Shown: positions 12,247 through 25,702 of the stretch, in pieces | Position numbering within the stretch: position 1 is the stretch's first letter | Layout: each line of letters starts with the position of its first letter | From: Lobosporangium transversale | Lineage: Eukaryota | DNA length: 64,000 bases | Assembly (NCBI RefSeq): GCF_002105155.1 | Contig: NW_019029017.1 | Location: 186,001-250,000, forward strand | Direction of reading: 5' to 3' | Notes under the pieces: model-generated | The model's database searches: none | Told to the model about the DNA's origin: nothing | The model's input: the letters and a program-made list of their open reading frames with translations, nothing else | Position numbers and translations under genes: made by a program

Positions 12247-15200
12247 TTAAGCAATGGTACCCTTGGCCTTCTCTGCAAGGTAATCTTCATGAAGCTTCTT
12301 TTGGGCCTCCCATTCTTTGGTCAACTTCTTTCTCCTGCTCTTGGGCAACTCTTGCCCTTCTTTGTCCGTCAGGGGAATACCAGTCTCTGCCTCGAACGAG
12401 CCATACTCTTCAGCACCAGGTCCCTGCTTGAACATCTCCATGGGCGGGACTTTTCCCTTCTCCAACTTGGCTAAACGCGCCTGCTCCTTGGCTCTAGCAA
12501 GCTCCTCCTTCTTGGCTGCCTTCTCTGCCGCTTGCTGGAGCTTGAGCTGACGCTGAGCAGCTAATTCCTCAGCTGGAATAAATTTGACCAAAGCTGTCCC
12601 ATCCTCACGATCATCCAACGAGACACCCAGACGCTCCAAGTCCTCATCGCGTAGCTTGTCAGATAAAGCGAGCATGTCCTTCACAGGACGCCCCTCACGA
12701 GCATAAGCACGGATGGTGTCCCGGAAGGTGGAGAGCGCCTGCAAGTATGGCAAGGCAATATCCTCAACTGAGACACCAGCACCACCTTCTGCACTGGCCA
12801 AACCAATAGGCTCTGCCACTACGCCGTCCAAACCGAATGTCCTGAGCATCTTGCTGATATACTGAGCAACCTTATTGACCACCTCCACATTCAAATTCCT
12901 GCCAGCATCACGGATATAAACATTCGTACGTGAGACCAAAGCCAAGAGTTCCGACATTGCATTTGGTGTATTGATTGAATCGCAAAGCGCCGCATGAACA
13001 GCATTTTGTCGCTCCTTGAGAGCTGCAATCATGTCCAGTTCCAGACGACGGAAGTTGTGTGTTCCAGTCGAGTCCAGAGCTGTGTGCTTGGCCTCTGCAA
13101 TCATAGCCTTGGCATTTACAAAGAAGTTCTATTTTTTTTTTTTTTTTTTTTTTTTTTTACATATATAAAATAATGATTTTAGCTTTGTATTGATTTAATA
13201 GGTAGCCTTCGTAAAAAGAGCGCAAGAAAGGATGATGGAGATGGCTTACATTAAAAGTTGACTCAACACCGATGGCCTCTCCCATACTGGTCTCTCTGAA
13301 ATCAACGCCAGTATCCCACTGATGAAGCAAAAAGAAATATCGAAGCTGGCGAGCAGTGTACTTTTCCAATGCTTGCTATTAAAACCAAAAATAAAATAAA
13401 AATAAAGGAGCATATATTTATATTCAAACCATATTGTCAGGTATTAGCATCCAAAGAGTAATCCGGCTATATATTATATAAAGATGAAAACTATTCGGAT
13501 ATACAACAACAACAACAACAACAACAACAACAGCAACAACAAGATCGATAATCCTTACCTGAACAGAGATAAAGTTCTTCAAAGACTTTGACATTTTCTG
13601 GCCCTCAACGTGCAAATGACCGCAGTGTGTAAAGTAATTGACCCATTGATCACATTGATGGTAAGCCTCCGACTGAGCCAGCTCATTGTCGTGGTGAGGG
13701 AAAGCCAAGTCAATGCCTCCAGAATGAATATCCATATTACTACCCAAAACCTCAGAGGCCATAACAGAGCACTCAATGTGCCATCCAGGACGACCGGGTC
13801 CCCATGGCGAGTCCCAAGCAGGCTCACCTGGCTTGGATGCCTTCCAGAGAGCAAAATCCATACTCGACTTCTTTCCAGCCAGCTTAATACCGAGTGAGCC
13901 TTCCGATTCCTCCATTAAAGAAGCATCGCCCTTGGACCAAGGAGCCAACTTTGCATAGTGATGGCCATCCTTACCATCGAACGCCGCAGTGTCAAAATAG
14001 ACAGATCCCTCAGCCTCATATGCGTATCCGTTACTGATGATTTTTTCTACAAACGCAACAATCTCAGGAACATATTCACTCACGCGCGTCAACACATCGG
14101 GGCGGCGAACTCCTAAGCGATCCATGTCCTTGAAGAACTCGCCCTCCCAGTAAGCGGCCAAGTCTCTAAAGACCTTTGGGTCACTGACCGTGTGCGAAAG
14201 CTCCTTGTCCAGCAAGTTGGAGAGTGTTGTTTTGTTGGCATCGCAGAAGGCAGCAGCATCTGTAGTGGCAGGTGACTTCTTGGATTGTTCAATAGCATCA
14301 AAAGCCTCCTGAAGTGCTGAGAAATGCATAGCGAATTTGGGATGAGCAGTACTGAGGGATGCCTTGAGGGCTGCATCAGTCTTAATTTTGTCCGAGAAGA
14401 CAGCCCACTGATCTGCAGCAGAGGCATCAATGGCCTTGAGTTCTGATTCCGCATACAACTTCCAGGCCGCTTCGGCCTTGGCAATGGCCTCAGGTGTGAC
14501 ACTAGTGGTGGCAGCCTTGAAATTGTTGAAAAGGTAGTTCTGACGAGCACGCTTAATGATCTATGTTATAATTAAAAAAAATGCATTTAATACATAAATG
14601 TAGACAGGGACTAGAGATGATCTTTAGAAAAACAATTCAACCTTGGATACCCTAGTTTTCTATTTTTTCTTTTACCTTATCATCAATGTCCGTGATATTC
14701 TCGACAAATAACACGTTGTAGCCAAAATAATCCTCGATAACACGATGCAGAATGTCTAAAGAGACGTAATTTCTATCAGGTTCAGAGAAATAAAAAAGAA
14801 AAAAAAAAGTTACGAATGCCTTCCTCAGAAATTTTGCATGGTCTACGGCTAATGTTTGGTTTTATAAAATCTTTTTTTTTTTTTTTTTTTTTTAACATCG
14901 GCTTACCTAGCATGCCCAATGTGGGTTGAGTCATAGACGGTAGGACCGCAGGCATACCAGGTAACTTGGTTACCATCGAGAGGAATGAATTCAGTCTAAA
15001 CACGACAAGATTTATAACTATTAGCGTTAAAATCAAAATTGTAATTGATCCAGGAGTGCTTCATATCCTCATTAGTGCTTTACCTTGGTACGAGTCATAG
15101 AGTTATATAGCTTCAACTTGGGTTGAGGCTTGGCGACGGGTACGCGCCATGGAGGCTGTTTACGCGAGGCAGCGGCGGTCGTGGCAGGGGCAGACATGGA

Positions 15201-15401
15201 AGCGGTTGTATGGTTGTGATAGTTTGTCACAGAGAGAGAGAACCTTTTGATAAAAGAGTTATACCGAGTAGTGAAAAGAATAGCAGGCAGAGCAGACGAA
15301 GGTCTAGTAGATGCTAAAGAGGATGAGAAGAAAGTTGAAGCTGAGGACGAGCGAAGCAGTGGAAGACGTTGTCGAGCGAGAGAAAAAGAGGAAATAAGCA
15401 T
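12247..15401 (-). CDS. CRS1: Cysteinyl-tRNA synthetase; exons ~15401-15084, 14995-14907, 14772-14676, 14560-13559, 13375-13250, 13128-12247; second in-frame ATG at 15197
   Basis: [18 protein letters not shown] (HIGH motif), [47 protein letters not shown] and KMSKS. Confidence 0.97.
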
Positions 15402-16197
15402 TCGGGGGAATGTGCAATTGAGATGGCGTACTTTTATACAGAAAGGGAGGAATCAACAACCACCCGAGTAAAGAAAGTCTTTACAAGTCTATCAAGGATA
15501 TGTTTTATGTTTATTAAATCATTCGAGGGACTGTCAAATAGTCATTTCTGATACAGCTCACCCCGCAGTTTTTGACTCAAAAAAGATTCGTGTGCACACA
15601 CAAATAATATTTTTGGGATGAGACAATGGCTCAGCCACATTCTCGCGTTTGGTGGCAATCTGTTATATATTTTTGTTCTATTGGCACGTGCACGTGCATA
15701 GTTGCTCTGAACTATGGAAAAACACCGCAAAAAAAGCGACTAGGACAGATAGGAAGTGTCTAGCGCATAAGCCCTGTACACCATGTATTCTCATGTCCGT
15801 CCAAAAGCATGCGTGCATTACATATTCATTATATCTTAAATGAATGGCCACAAAGGACAATAGACGAACACAACAATTATTTTGCTATGAAGGAAAGAGA
15901 AAGGTGAAATGGATTCTCATTCCCTTCGATACTGTGTCCTTTGGTCTAGAAAAAAAGAATTTCTAGCGCTGCATGCGTATACGCTAGAAAAGTTGGTTGT
16001 TAAGAGAACACTAAAAAGGAGTAGAGTGGTTATCTTCCACTATATAAAGGATGGCCATCAAGTATACGACCCTTTCTTCTCACATATACAACAGACACAT
16101 CTATACATAGAAGCACATACACATACACCCCCTCAGTCTCCTCTTTTCCTTACATCCTTTTTCATACCTTTCTTTTCAATTTTTTTCTTCACCAGCA

Positions 16198-16359
16198 TGA
16201 AGTCAAACATTCTCCTCAGTTTGAGCGCCGCCCTCGGGCTCTTGATTGGATCAAGCAATGGTGCTCCTATCTTCAACGGAAATACCCACCTTGTAAGACG
16301 TCAGGATACAGTATCGTGTCCAGGCATGGTCAAAGGCCCCACTGGCCACAGCTACTTTG

Positions 16360-16393
<34 letters not shown>

Positions 16394-17700
16394 TAATATT
16401 GGGTTCCTAGTCCAATTAAAATAATCCAATTTCCTCAACCTGACCAAATATCATGTAAATCATTATAGCTTTCAGCACAGGGCTCAGTAACAAAGTAGCC
16501 CAGCAAGCTTGTGCATCTTGCTACAATGGTGTCCTAGCAGATATTGCATCTGATGATATCCCCTTCCTAGGATCTAATCTTGAACAAGACTCCTGGATCA
16601 AGTCATGGAACCAAGACAGTTACGCTGACAGCTGTCTTACTCTCAGGTCTGCCTCTGACGGTGGCTGTAAGATTTTTTTTTTTTTTTTCTTTTTCTTTTT
16701 TTTCCGAATCTTACGGTTATTCAAAGGCAACTAATGCTTACAATTATCATTTTATATCTTTCAAACAATGCATAAAAAACTAAAATAAACAGCTCCATCT
16801 GTTAACGTCGATTCCGCTTGCACATCCGAGCTCTGGCCCCTCTGTGTTGCCACTATTGCCCCTACTAATGAAGCCCAAGATTCTGTGGAACTCGGAGCTC
16901 AAAGTGGTGAGGGCGCTACAATTGCGTCTCTCGCGATCCCATATACTGCAGATGCTAATGCTGACACACAGACTGCTGAAGCCGGAACTGAAGCCGGAAC
17001 TGAAGCAGGAACTGAAGCAGGAACTGAAGCCGGAACTGAAGCCGAAACTGAAGCAGGAACCAAAGCAGGAAATGAAGCCGGGACTGAAGCTGGAACTGAA
17101 GCTGTGATTGATACTAACGCAAACCAGGAGCAAGGCCAGCAGCAACAAGGACAACAGCAACAAGGACAACAGCAACACGAAGAGCAGCAACAAGGACAGC
17201 AGCAGAGCCCAGTACCTGCTGGAAATGCCGCCGGATCGAAGGAGGCTCAAGTTAACACCTCAAGGAAGGTGATAACTTCCCCTCAGTATGAAGCCACTAC
17301 GTCAATTGCGGATATGACTTTCTTCCCTGGCAGTACCACCCCTAGTAATCCGGAGGTGACCAGCCCCCGAGTCCCTACAGGTGAGGAAAGTGATCTTGAA
17401 ATCCTCCAGGTCGTTGAAGAAAATAAGGTATCTGAGTTGCCTGAGCCCATTCCCTATTCGATTGAGGAAAAGAGCGCTGAGGACAACACTGAGGGTCTTC
17501 AGAATGCCAATACCGAGAAGAGCACGGCTCCCTCGCCAAAAGAGGAGAGCAATGCCGACGCTGAAGCTGGCCAAGCAAAAGTTGATGGAGGTGCGCAGCA
17601 GGCTAGCAAGAAGGAACGATCTCGCGATGCCTCTAAGACTGAAGAGGACGCGACTAGGAAGCAAAAGGACCAACGCACTGCCCCTGCTGCGGCTATATAA
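16198..17700 (+). CDS. Secreted protein with Cys/Trp C-type-lectin-like N-terminal module and acidic repeat-rich tail; exons ~16198-16359, 16469-16666, 16793-17700
   Basis: Signal-peptide-like MKSNILLSLSAALGLLIGSSNGAP, dibasic RR site, spliced ACASCYNGVLADI..WIKSWNQDSYADSCLTL..CTSELWPLC; exons join in frame with the 16885-17700 ORF. Confidence 0.7.
16977..17103 (+). repeat. 12-bp coding tandem repeat (TGAAGCMGGAAC)n encoding EAGT units
   Basis: Read directly; about 10 imperfect units. Confidence 0.9.
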
Positions 17701-18813
17701 GCAAGTAATAGCTGCGCATAGATTATACGAGTTAGGGTGAGGGAGAGGTGATATGCAGGCGTAGCCCTCTTTTTGCCTCTTTGAGGCATGGAGTAAGAAT
17801 ATGAAAATATGTGTAAAAGGCAAATGAAATTTTTAGATACCTGCTCTTGGTTCACCTCGGACAATGAATAATAAAATGAAGTCCTATGCTATCCTTGGTT
17901 ACGCTTGTCTGTGTAATAGCAACATATCCTACGCATCCCTATCTGAATAAATGTCAACACGTACTCTGTTTAGTTTTAGTATTATCTGAGTAAGGGGTTG
18001 ATATCAGCCCCGAAGGCTTGTTGGGTCGACAGGATCGAAGGGTCCGCGGTAAATCGAAACGTTGTTTCAATATTTTCTTCACCCTTCACAGTTGGTAGCC
18101 TTCATTGTGAACAAAACGCATATTGGTTGTTTAATCATGACCTCCGCATCTGGTGACTATGCTTACTGGCTGCATCCTTAGAGGCTGTGCCCTTCTCATC
18201 CTCGACGATGTAGAATGTACTCGGATATATAGCCTTAAGTAACTCAGCGCCCATGATGTCGGTGCTATTGTCACCATCTTTGCCTTGATCAAGCTGGCTA
18301 CAATGGCCTGGACATAACCCTGATAATTGCTAACTGGTTCTTCTCGATCGCATCCAGTGTTCTCTGGGTTCAATCCAAGGTCAGTTTCTCCTACCGCTCT
18401 ACCTCAATTTCTTAGATATGGTTCCGGTCTGGTTCTACAGATAATCACCTCGGTCGCTGATGCTGATGACGAAGATCAAGAAAGCCAATAGAGTTGTTTC
18501 TATAATGATATCTGTCATGAAAAGCTGACTGACACTCTTCAATCTTTTTTTTTTTTAGTATATGTTGCTCGATAGTAAAGATAGTAGTATTTGGCCTCGC
18601 CTTGGCCAGTATTCTGACTAACAATAATAACCTTATTAATTATGGAAAAGCAGCGAAGCCTTTGAGACAAGGGGAGGATTAATCCACAATATAGTCAATA
18701 TAATATTGCTTCTTGTACATGTCTACACTCAGAGCTGTAATACTATAACGTAAAAAACATGGATCACAACATAGTGGCCTCCAAATCAATATCGGCTTTT
18801 ATTAATATCATGA

Positions 18814-21418
18814 CTATCGTCTGTAGAACTGGCGCTTAAAGTTAAAGTGGAGTTGCAGCACCCCACGGTCAAAAACGGATTTGTAGCCTCTCTTGTGCGA
18901 ATGCTCCCATTCACGATTGACGATTCTGAAAGCAATGTCTTCGTATGGAGGCCCAGCTTTAAACTTTATAAGCACTGTATCATTGGTATCGGGTTCCTTG
19001 ATGATCTCATACGTAGGCGCCTGGGACTTATCAATAAGATCAGGATAAAACAAATTGAACTTGTAACCTTGTACAACTTTAGGCGGTGGATTGTCGTGGT
19101 CGTAGTGCGTTTGATTATACTTGTTCCATTCATATCCTGTATGAACACGATTGAAGAATCGAGGTTTGCGGGGTCGATATTTATCTTGCCACATATATGT
19201 CTATTATTGACAAAGACGATCGATTATTAACTCTTCCTGTCAGAATAATAATAATAATAATAGTAAAAAAGCCAGCATTTTTGAAGTTTAATGGTGCTAT
19301 GGAGCATGGGCCTTACCTGTTGTCGTTGTAATGCGGCTTCGACATTGAATACTTCCTCGTTGACAGCCATCTGTTTTGCTGCTTCCTTGTCAAACAAGAT
19401 CTTAGAGACAAACTCATCGTCTGGATGTTGCTCGTCCATATCTTGATCAGGATTCTTCTTCTTAGGATTGAACTGCTTATTGAGCACTTGACGACGTTTT
19501 TCGAGCTAAAGGATTAATTCAAAAGAACATTCGTCAGTCCGACATTCACTCCAACACGCTGATCGATTTTCGGGCTATCCTAGACAAAACAGCTTACGAT
19601 CTCTGCCCAGTCCTCCCACTGATCCACAACAGCCAAGCTCTGATCTTCACGACTAAGCGTGTCGACAGGTTCGGGGCTCATAGCTCGATCATAAGGAAGT
19701 GCAGGTGTATTGAGTCCGTCCATGTCCTGGTCATTGTCGTCTGGAGCAAGCTCTGCCTCGTCATCAAGAAGCTCCCTTAAGCCACTCACGTCTCCTTCAA
19801 CATCCTGGGTCTGCATCGCCAAAACAGCAGCAAGTTCTGCTTTCTCTTTTTCAGCCTCACGCAGCTGACGAGCTTTAAGCTGCTCCAGACGTTTCTGTAG
19901 GATTTTCTGGTGGATGACATTCAGCTTAGCTTTGGCCTTCCAAACAATTAGAGTTTTCAATAAAGCCTCCCAGTAGTCAACATCAATTGCGCCTCCGGCT
20001 CCTAATTTGCGCTGGATCTGTCCTTGCAGAAGGGTAAGCTCTTCATATGACTTGCCAGCCAGCTTGGATGCAATGTCCTGAGCTATATGAGGTGCAACGA
20101 CACTCTGTACTGCGCGTGCTGGATCCAATTCCGTAAGTTTATCTTCACAAACAATTAGCATTGATCTCCAGAAATCCATACTCTGCTCATCCTTGTCTAA
20201 GCTAAGATAGAATTTGATGTCGTGAAACAGCTCTTCCACTTCCTGGAGACTCAAGTTGTCGAAAATAGTGTAAGGTTCCTCGACATCGATCTCAAGGCCA
20301 ATATCGTCTTCCTCATCCTCATCTTTCTCACCTCTATCCTCAGCAATCAGTTTAATGTTAACAGCAAGGATATCGATGGGTTTGGCTCGGTTACTCTTGA
20401 TTCTTATCTCCGCGCGTCGTTTCGCCTGTTTCAAATGGAACTCTTCTTCTTGGGCCTGCCAATCACCTAACTGAGCCTGCTCTGAAGCGCGCTGGATCCT
20501 GACCAGTTCTTCTTCTCTTTCTTCTCTTTCGCGCTCACGTTCTGCACGCTTTTGCTTCAATTTTTCCAATTCTATCCTAGCTTCCTCTCTCCTGATAGCA
20601 TCCCGTCTTGCTGCTTCTGCAGAAGATATGCCCTTCTTTTTTTCAACTTCACGTTTCTTGGCCCAAGTAAATTTTTTGGCAAGGTTAGCATCATTGAAGG
20701 GGTTATCCGCATTCGAGTAGTTATTCATGGCGAGGTCGAGGGCTTTTTTACGTTCTTCTTTTTCCTTTTTCCGCTCTGCTTTTCGAATCGCCCGTTCCTC
20801 GGAAGTTTCGCGTGGTTTTTTGCTTGAGCGTCCGTCATCATCATTATCGCGTCTTGATTTCTTACGACTAGACCGGCCTTTGTCTTGGTCGCTCTCGCTG
20901 TCTGAATCTCTGTGGCGTCTAGAACTACTGTCCCTTTCTCTGTCTCTGTGCTTGCTTCTGTCTCTATCTCTGCTGCCACTTCTATCCCTGTCGCTTCTGT
21001 CTCGGGAGCGACCGTCGCGACGCCTTGACTCTCTATTTTCCCTGTTCCTGTCCTTATCCTTGTCCCTGCTTCTGTCCCTGCTTCTTTCCCTGTCTCTGCT
21101 TCTGCTTCTATCTCTGTCTCTGTCTCTGTCTCTGTCTCTGTCTCTGTCTCTATTTTTATCTTTTTCTACACTTCTTTCTCGAATCCTATCCCTTTCTCTT
21201 TCTCTGTCTCTTTCTCTGTCTCTTTCTCTGTCTCTTTCTCTGTCTCTTTCTCTGTCTCTGTCCCTGCCTCTGTTGGTATCCTTTCGTACATCTCTTCGTT
21301 CATCATCGTTATAGCGATCGAATGATGAATGCCGACGAGAGGGCGACCTGGACCGAGATCTGTTACTTCTATGGCGATCAATTCTGTCTCTACTAGGACT
21401 TCTACTAGTACTTGGCAT
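18814..21418 (-). CDS. CACTIN: Cactin, spliceosome-associated factor; exons ~21418-19598, 19505-19317, 19200-18814
   Basis: C-terminal WQDKYRPRKPRFFNRVHTGYEWNKYNQTHYD.DNPPPKVVQGYKFN; mid domain EEEFHLKQAKRRAEIRI..RAKPID and IDVDYWE; RD/RS-rich N-terminus. Confidence 0.95.
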
Positions 21419-21687
21419 ATTTGGGGTGATATAGTGCTAAGGATTGTGCTGAAAGTGACGTGCTGAATGTAAGAATAAAGAAGCACCCAACACATAATCA
21501 TTAAGGCTTGGGCGCTGTAATGAACAATGGATCTGATTGGCCAATATTCCGGGACTGCGGAATATTGAATCAAAACAATGCACAACCAAATATGGAAGGC
21601 TCTTTTTTTTTTTTTTTTTTTTAATGCATGGCTCTACATTGAAGCCGACTTGTTCTGTCCTTTGCATTCGCTATACATTCTTTCACA

Positions 21688-24321
21688 ATGTCGGAACAGC
21701 ACCACCAGCATCGTTCCAACACAAAGCTCAAGCAGCAGAACAAGCCCTTCAAGTCAAAACATCAAACCAAGGGTAGTTTGAGGGACAAAGCCAAAGGTAA
21801 GACGATACACAAATTTTGTTTTATAGTCGCTTCTTTTCTTATGGCAGCTGTTTGATCCAACTTTCAATAACGACCTTTAGGCAAAGTCGAGCGTGTGTCA
21901 ATTAAAAACCACTCTGCGAAGTTATTCCCTAATAAGACTGATCGTCGCAATGCTGCCAAATTGCTACAGCAAAAGAAGCGTGAGGAGCTGTTTCGAAAAA
22001 CTAAGATTTTTGATGGAAAAAATGGGACACCCAAAGTCGTTGCCGTCGTTGCTCTTTGCCCTGATGTCAGCGCCGATGATGCTGTTGCAAAGGTGTTTGC
22101 CAGTGTAGACCAAGTCCCTGCTAACAAAGGAACAGTTCTCATGACGTGAGTATTAAGAGGGATTGAGTCGACAAATTGATATCTGTCGTCAATAAGGATA
22201 ATTAGACCAAATATGTGGATCTAACTTCTTCTTCCGTAATATCCTAGGACGGACCGTTTCAAGCAGAAACTTCAATTTGTTCCACTTCAGCGCAACTACA
22301 TTGATATCATGGACGCTGCTAAAGTAGCTGATTTTTTGCTCTTTGTGATGTCTGCAGTGGAGGAGGTAGACAAATTTGGTGAAATGGTTCTCTCAGGTAT
22401 TCAATCTCAAGGAGTCCCCTCTGTTGTCGCTGCCGTCAGCAATCTCGAGAGTACGCCAGCCAAGAAGCACTCCGATATCAAAAAGTCGCTCTTGTCTTTC
22501 ACTAACCACTTCTTTCCCGAGGAGACTAAAGTCCATGCTTTAGATAATACTTCAGAAACTGTAAATGTGCTTCGTATGATGGCCAACCAATTGCCAAAGT
22601 CGATCACTTGGCGTGACACTCATCCCTATATGTTGGCAGAGAACGTTGAATTTGAAGAGAATCTTGCTGATTCGTCAGTTGGTACTCTGAAGGTTACAGG
22701 GTATGCCAGAGGGACCCATTTCCAGGCCAATCGACTGGTTCATTTGCAGAACTTTGGTGACTTCCAATTGGAAAAAATTACATCCGCCCCTATCACACAC
22801 AAGTCTGTTCATGTGAACGGTAACGGTATGGATACCGAAGGCACTGAGACCGTTTTGGATACTCCTGTCCCTGGAGAGCAGGATGACCTGGCTGCAGAGA
22901 ACGAGCCTGATCTGCTGGCGAATGAGCAGACTTGGCCTACTGAGGAAGAGCTTATGGAAGCTGAAGGTATGTCTAATTTTACAAGCGCTTTTTAGAACTA
23001 CTATATTTAATCCAAGCTCTACTTATTTTTTAACCATACCATATCTTCCTAATTTTGCTCTTAGAACGTGTCAAGAATATGGATCCTTCTGAAAGGCCTG
23101 AGGAATCATTCAACAATGCACCAAAGAAGGTCATTCGACGTGTCCCCAAAGGAACATCGAACTATCAGGCTGCCTGGATTGTAGATTCTGATCATGAGAG
23201 CGATGAAGACATTGATGATGAAGATGATGACATGGATGATCGTATGGATGACGATGATTTGCCTAGTGCACGTAATGGAGCCGAGTCAGAGGAAGAATAC
23301 GAGGACCTTGAAGTTGATACTGAGGACGCTACAAAAGAAGAAGAGACATATGAAGATGAACTCGACAACGAAGAGGAGGCTCGTCAGTATGCTGAATATC
23401 TGGCAAGAGAGAAGGAGAATAGAGATGATATGGAGTTTCCAGATGAAGTTGAGGCGCCTATGGATGTTCCTGCTCGTGTCCGATTTGCGCGTTACCGCGC
23501 CCTCGAATCATTCAGAACTTCGCCTTGGGATCCATATGAGAATCTTCCTCTGGACTATGGTCGTATATTCCAGTTTGAGAACTTCCGACGCACTAAGCAC
23601 CGTGTCATGAATCAGGCAAAGGAGGATGGTGTCTTACCTGGTACTCACATTACCTTGTACATTGCTAATGTTCCTCGAGCTGTTATGGATACCTACTCTG
23701 CCACACGCCCTTTCATTATCTTTGGGCTGCTGCAGTATGAGCATAAGATGGGCGTCATTAACGTTGTGGTCACCCGCAATGCTGAATACGAAGGGGTCGT
23801 CAAGGCCAAGGATCCTCTTGTCCTTCACTGTGGCTTCAGACGATTTGTGGTCCGCCCCATCTTTTCACAAAACACTCGCAATGGCAAGGGAACGAACAAT
23901 GTCCACAAGAGCGAGCGCTTCCTGCAACAGGGCCGTAGCACCGTTGTTACTGTCTATGCGCCCATTCAGTTTGGCAATCTACCTGTCGTCCTGACTAAGG
24001 ACTCTGAAGATATCAACTCACCTATTCTTATCGCGACAGGCACTGTTATGGATGCAGATCCCAGGAGGATTGTTGCCAAGAGGATCATCTTGACCGGACA
24101 CCCCTATAAAGTCCACAAGCGTTCCGCTACCATTCGATTCATGTTCTTTAATCCAGATGATGTTTGGTACTACAAGTCTGTGGAGCTCCGTACTAAACAC
24201 GGCCGTACTGGCCACATCAAGGAGTCACTAGGAACACATGGATATTTTAAGGCCCAATGGTGAGTGGATTTGTGTTTACTATAGTAGCGCTGCGTATATG
24301 CTTCATCAGCATGGTTCTAAC

Positions 24322-24352
<31 letters not shown>

Positions 24353-24609
24353 ATCTAGGGACCAACAAATATCCATGCAGGATACTGTCATGATGTGCCT
24401 ATGTAAGTTATGCATGCTTGCTTTTAACTTCACTCATCAGCCAGGACATAGTACCTCACTATACCAAAACTAACGCTTTGATCATATGTTTTGCTATAGA
24501 CAAGAGAATATTCCCTAAGTGGGGTACAACTCTCTGGGTGAATCCCGATGCTGGCAAGATTGGCACGCAGGCGACGGTTACCACGACAGAAAGCATGGAC
24601 ATGGATTAA
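21688..24609 (+). CDS. TSR1: Pre-40S ribosome biogenesis factor Tsr1; exons ~21688-21796, 21881-22145, 22248-22966, 23065-24259, 24359-24402, 24500-24609
   Basis: NKPFKSKH, DAAKVAD, EQTWPTEEE, VPKGTSNYQAAWI, FPDEV..PARVRFARYR.L.SFRTSPWDP, GHIKESLGTHG, LYKRIFPKW. Confidence 0.95.
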
Positions 24610-24719
24610 AAGCATTTAGAAGAGGAATCTCTTCCTTCATCGTCTAGAAAATATATATATATCATGAAATATTCTTTTGCATATAATACATTCTTTTTCT
24701 TAAAAAAATTTGTAATAAT

Positions 24720-25019
24720 TTATTTTGCTGACGCCAATGACGAGTTGGGCTTGGGGCGATCAATGACGGAGAATCGTAGTTGCGACAGGGTTTTGCCACC
24801 AAAAGCTAGCTCACATGTAATGGTCTCTCCAGGATAGACCGGCCCAACACCCTTTGGGGTTCCTGTCAAGATTACGTCGCCTTCCTCGAGTCGCATGATC
24901 GAAGAGACATTTTCAATCAATGTCGGGACACTTTTTATTGTAGAGCAGAGTTTTCAAGAAAGTTAAATATTAAAAAGGGCGTCTGTTTAGGGTCGATCAG
25001 CCGATATGCTTATGCAGGG

Positions 25020-25050
<31 letters not shown>

Positions 25051-25555
25051 GAAGAGAGAAAGAATAATGGACTCACCTAAAAATCATATCGCGAGTGTTA
25101 CCTTGCTGCTTAGTGACTCCATCGATCTGAAGGAGTAGGTCCACATTGTCGTGATCAGAAATATACTCTTTAGGAATGAAATCCCCAATAGGAGTAAAAG
25201 TATCATACCCCTTGGCAGCGCTCCAAGGTCTACCCGCCTTCTTGGCTTGCTCTTGTAGATCACGAGCTGTCATGTCAAGAGCAAGCGCATATCCTGAAAT
25301 ATAATCATCGGCTTCATTGGCTTGAATATCACGTCCATTTTTACCGATGATAACTGCTAACTCGAGTTCATGATGGACTTCACAACCAGTGGGGATTTCG
25401 ATACTCTGACCGTTAGTGATGTAGGACGAAGGTGGTTTGAGAAAGAAAAAGGGTGAAGTAGGAACAGCGTTTCCTAGCTCTTTAGCATGCTCGGAATAGT
25501 TGCGACCGATAGCAATAATCTTGCGTCCAGTCTTAACGAAGTTTGCAGACGCCAT
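24720..25555 (-). CDS. Fumarylacetoacetate hydrolase-domain protein (FAHD1/Fmp41-like); exons ~25555-25077, 24930-24720
   Basis: KIIAIGRNYSEHAKELGN, FFFLKPPSS, HHELELAV, DMTARDLQ, AKGYDTF, GDVILTGTPKGVGP. Confidence 0.93.
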
Positions 25556-25702
25556 GACTGAGGTGATGGAGGGCGGAATGAATGAATGAAAAAAAATAAA
25601 AATAAAATAAAATAAAATAAAATAAAATAAAGCTTGCCAGAAAAGGCTCTTTGTGGTACCTTTTTTTATTAGTGAGTGGCATTAATACGGCTTTCCCACG
25701 GT

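Noticed and set aside
20727..21396. Antisense SLSLSL / CLCLCL ORFs
   Set aside because: Shadow frames of the cactin RD/RE dipeptide repeats.
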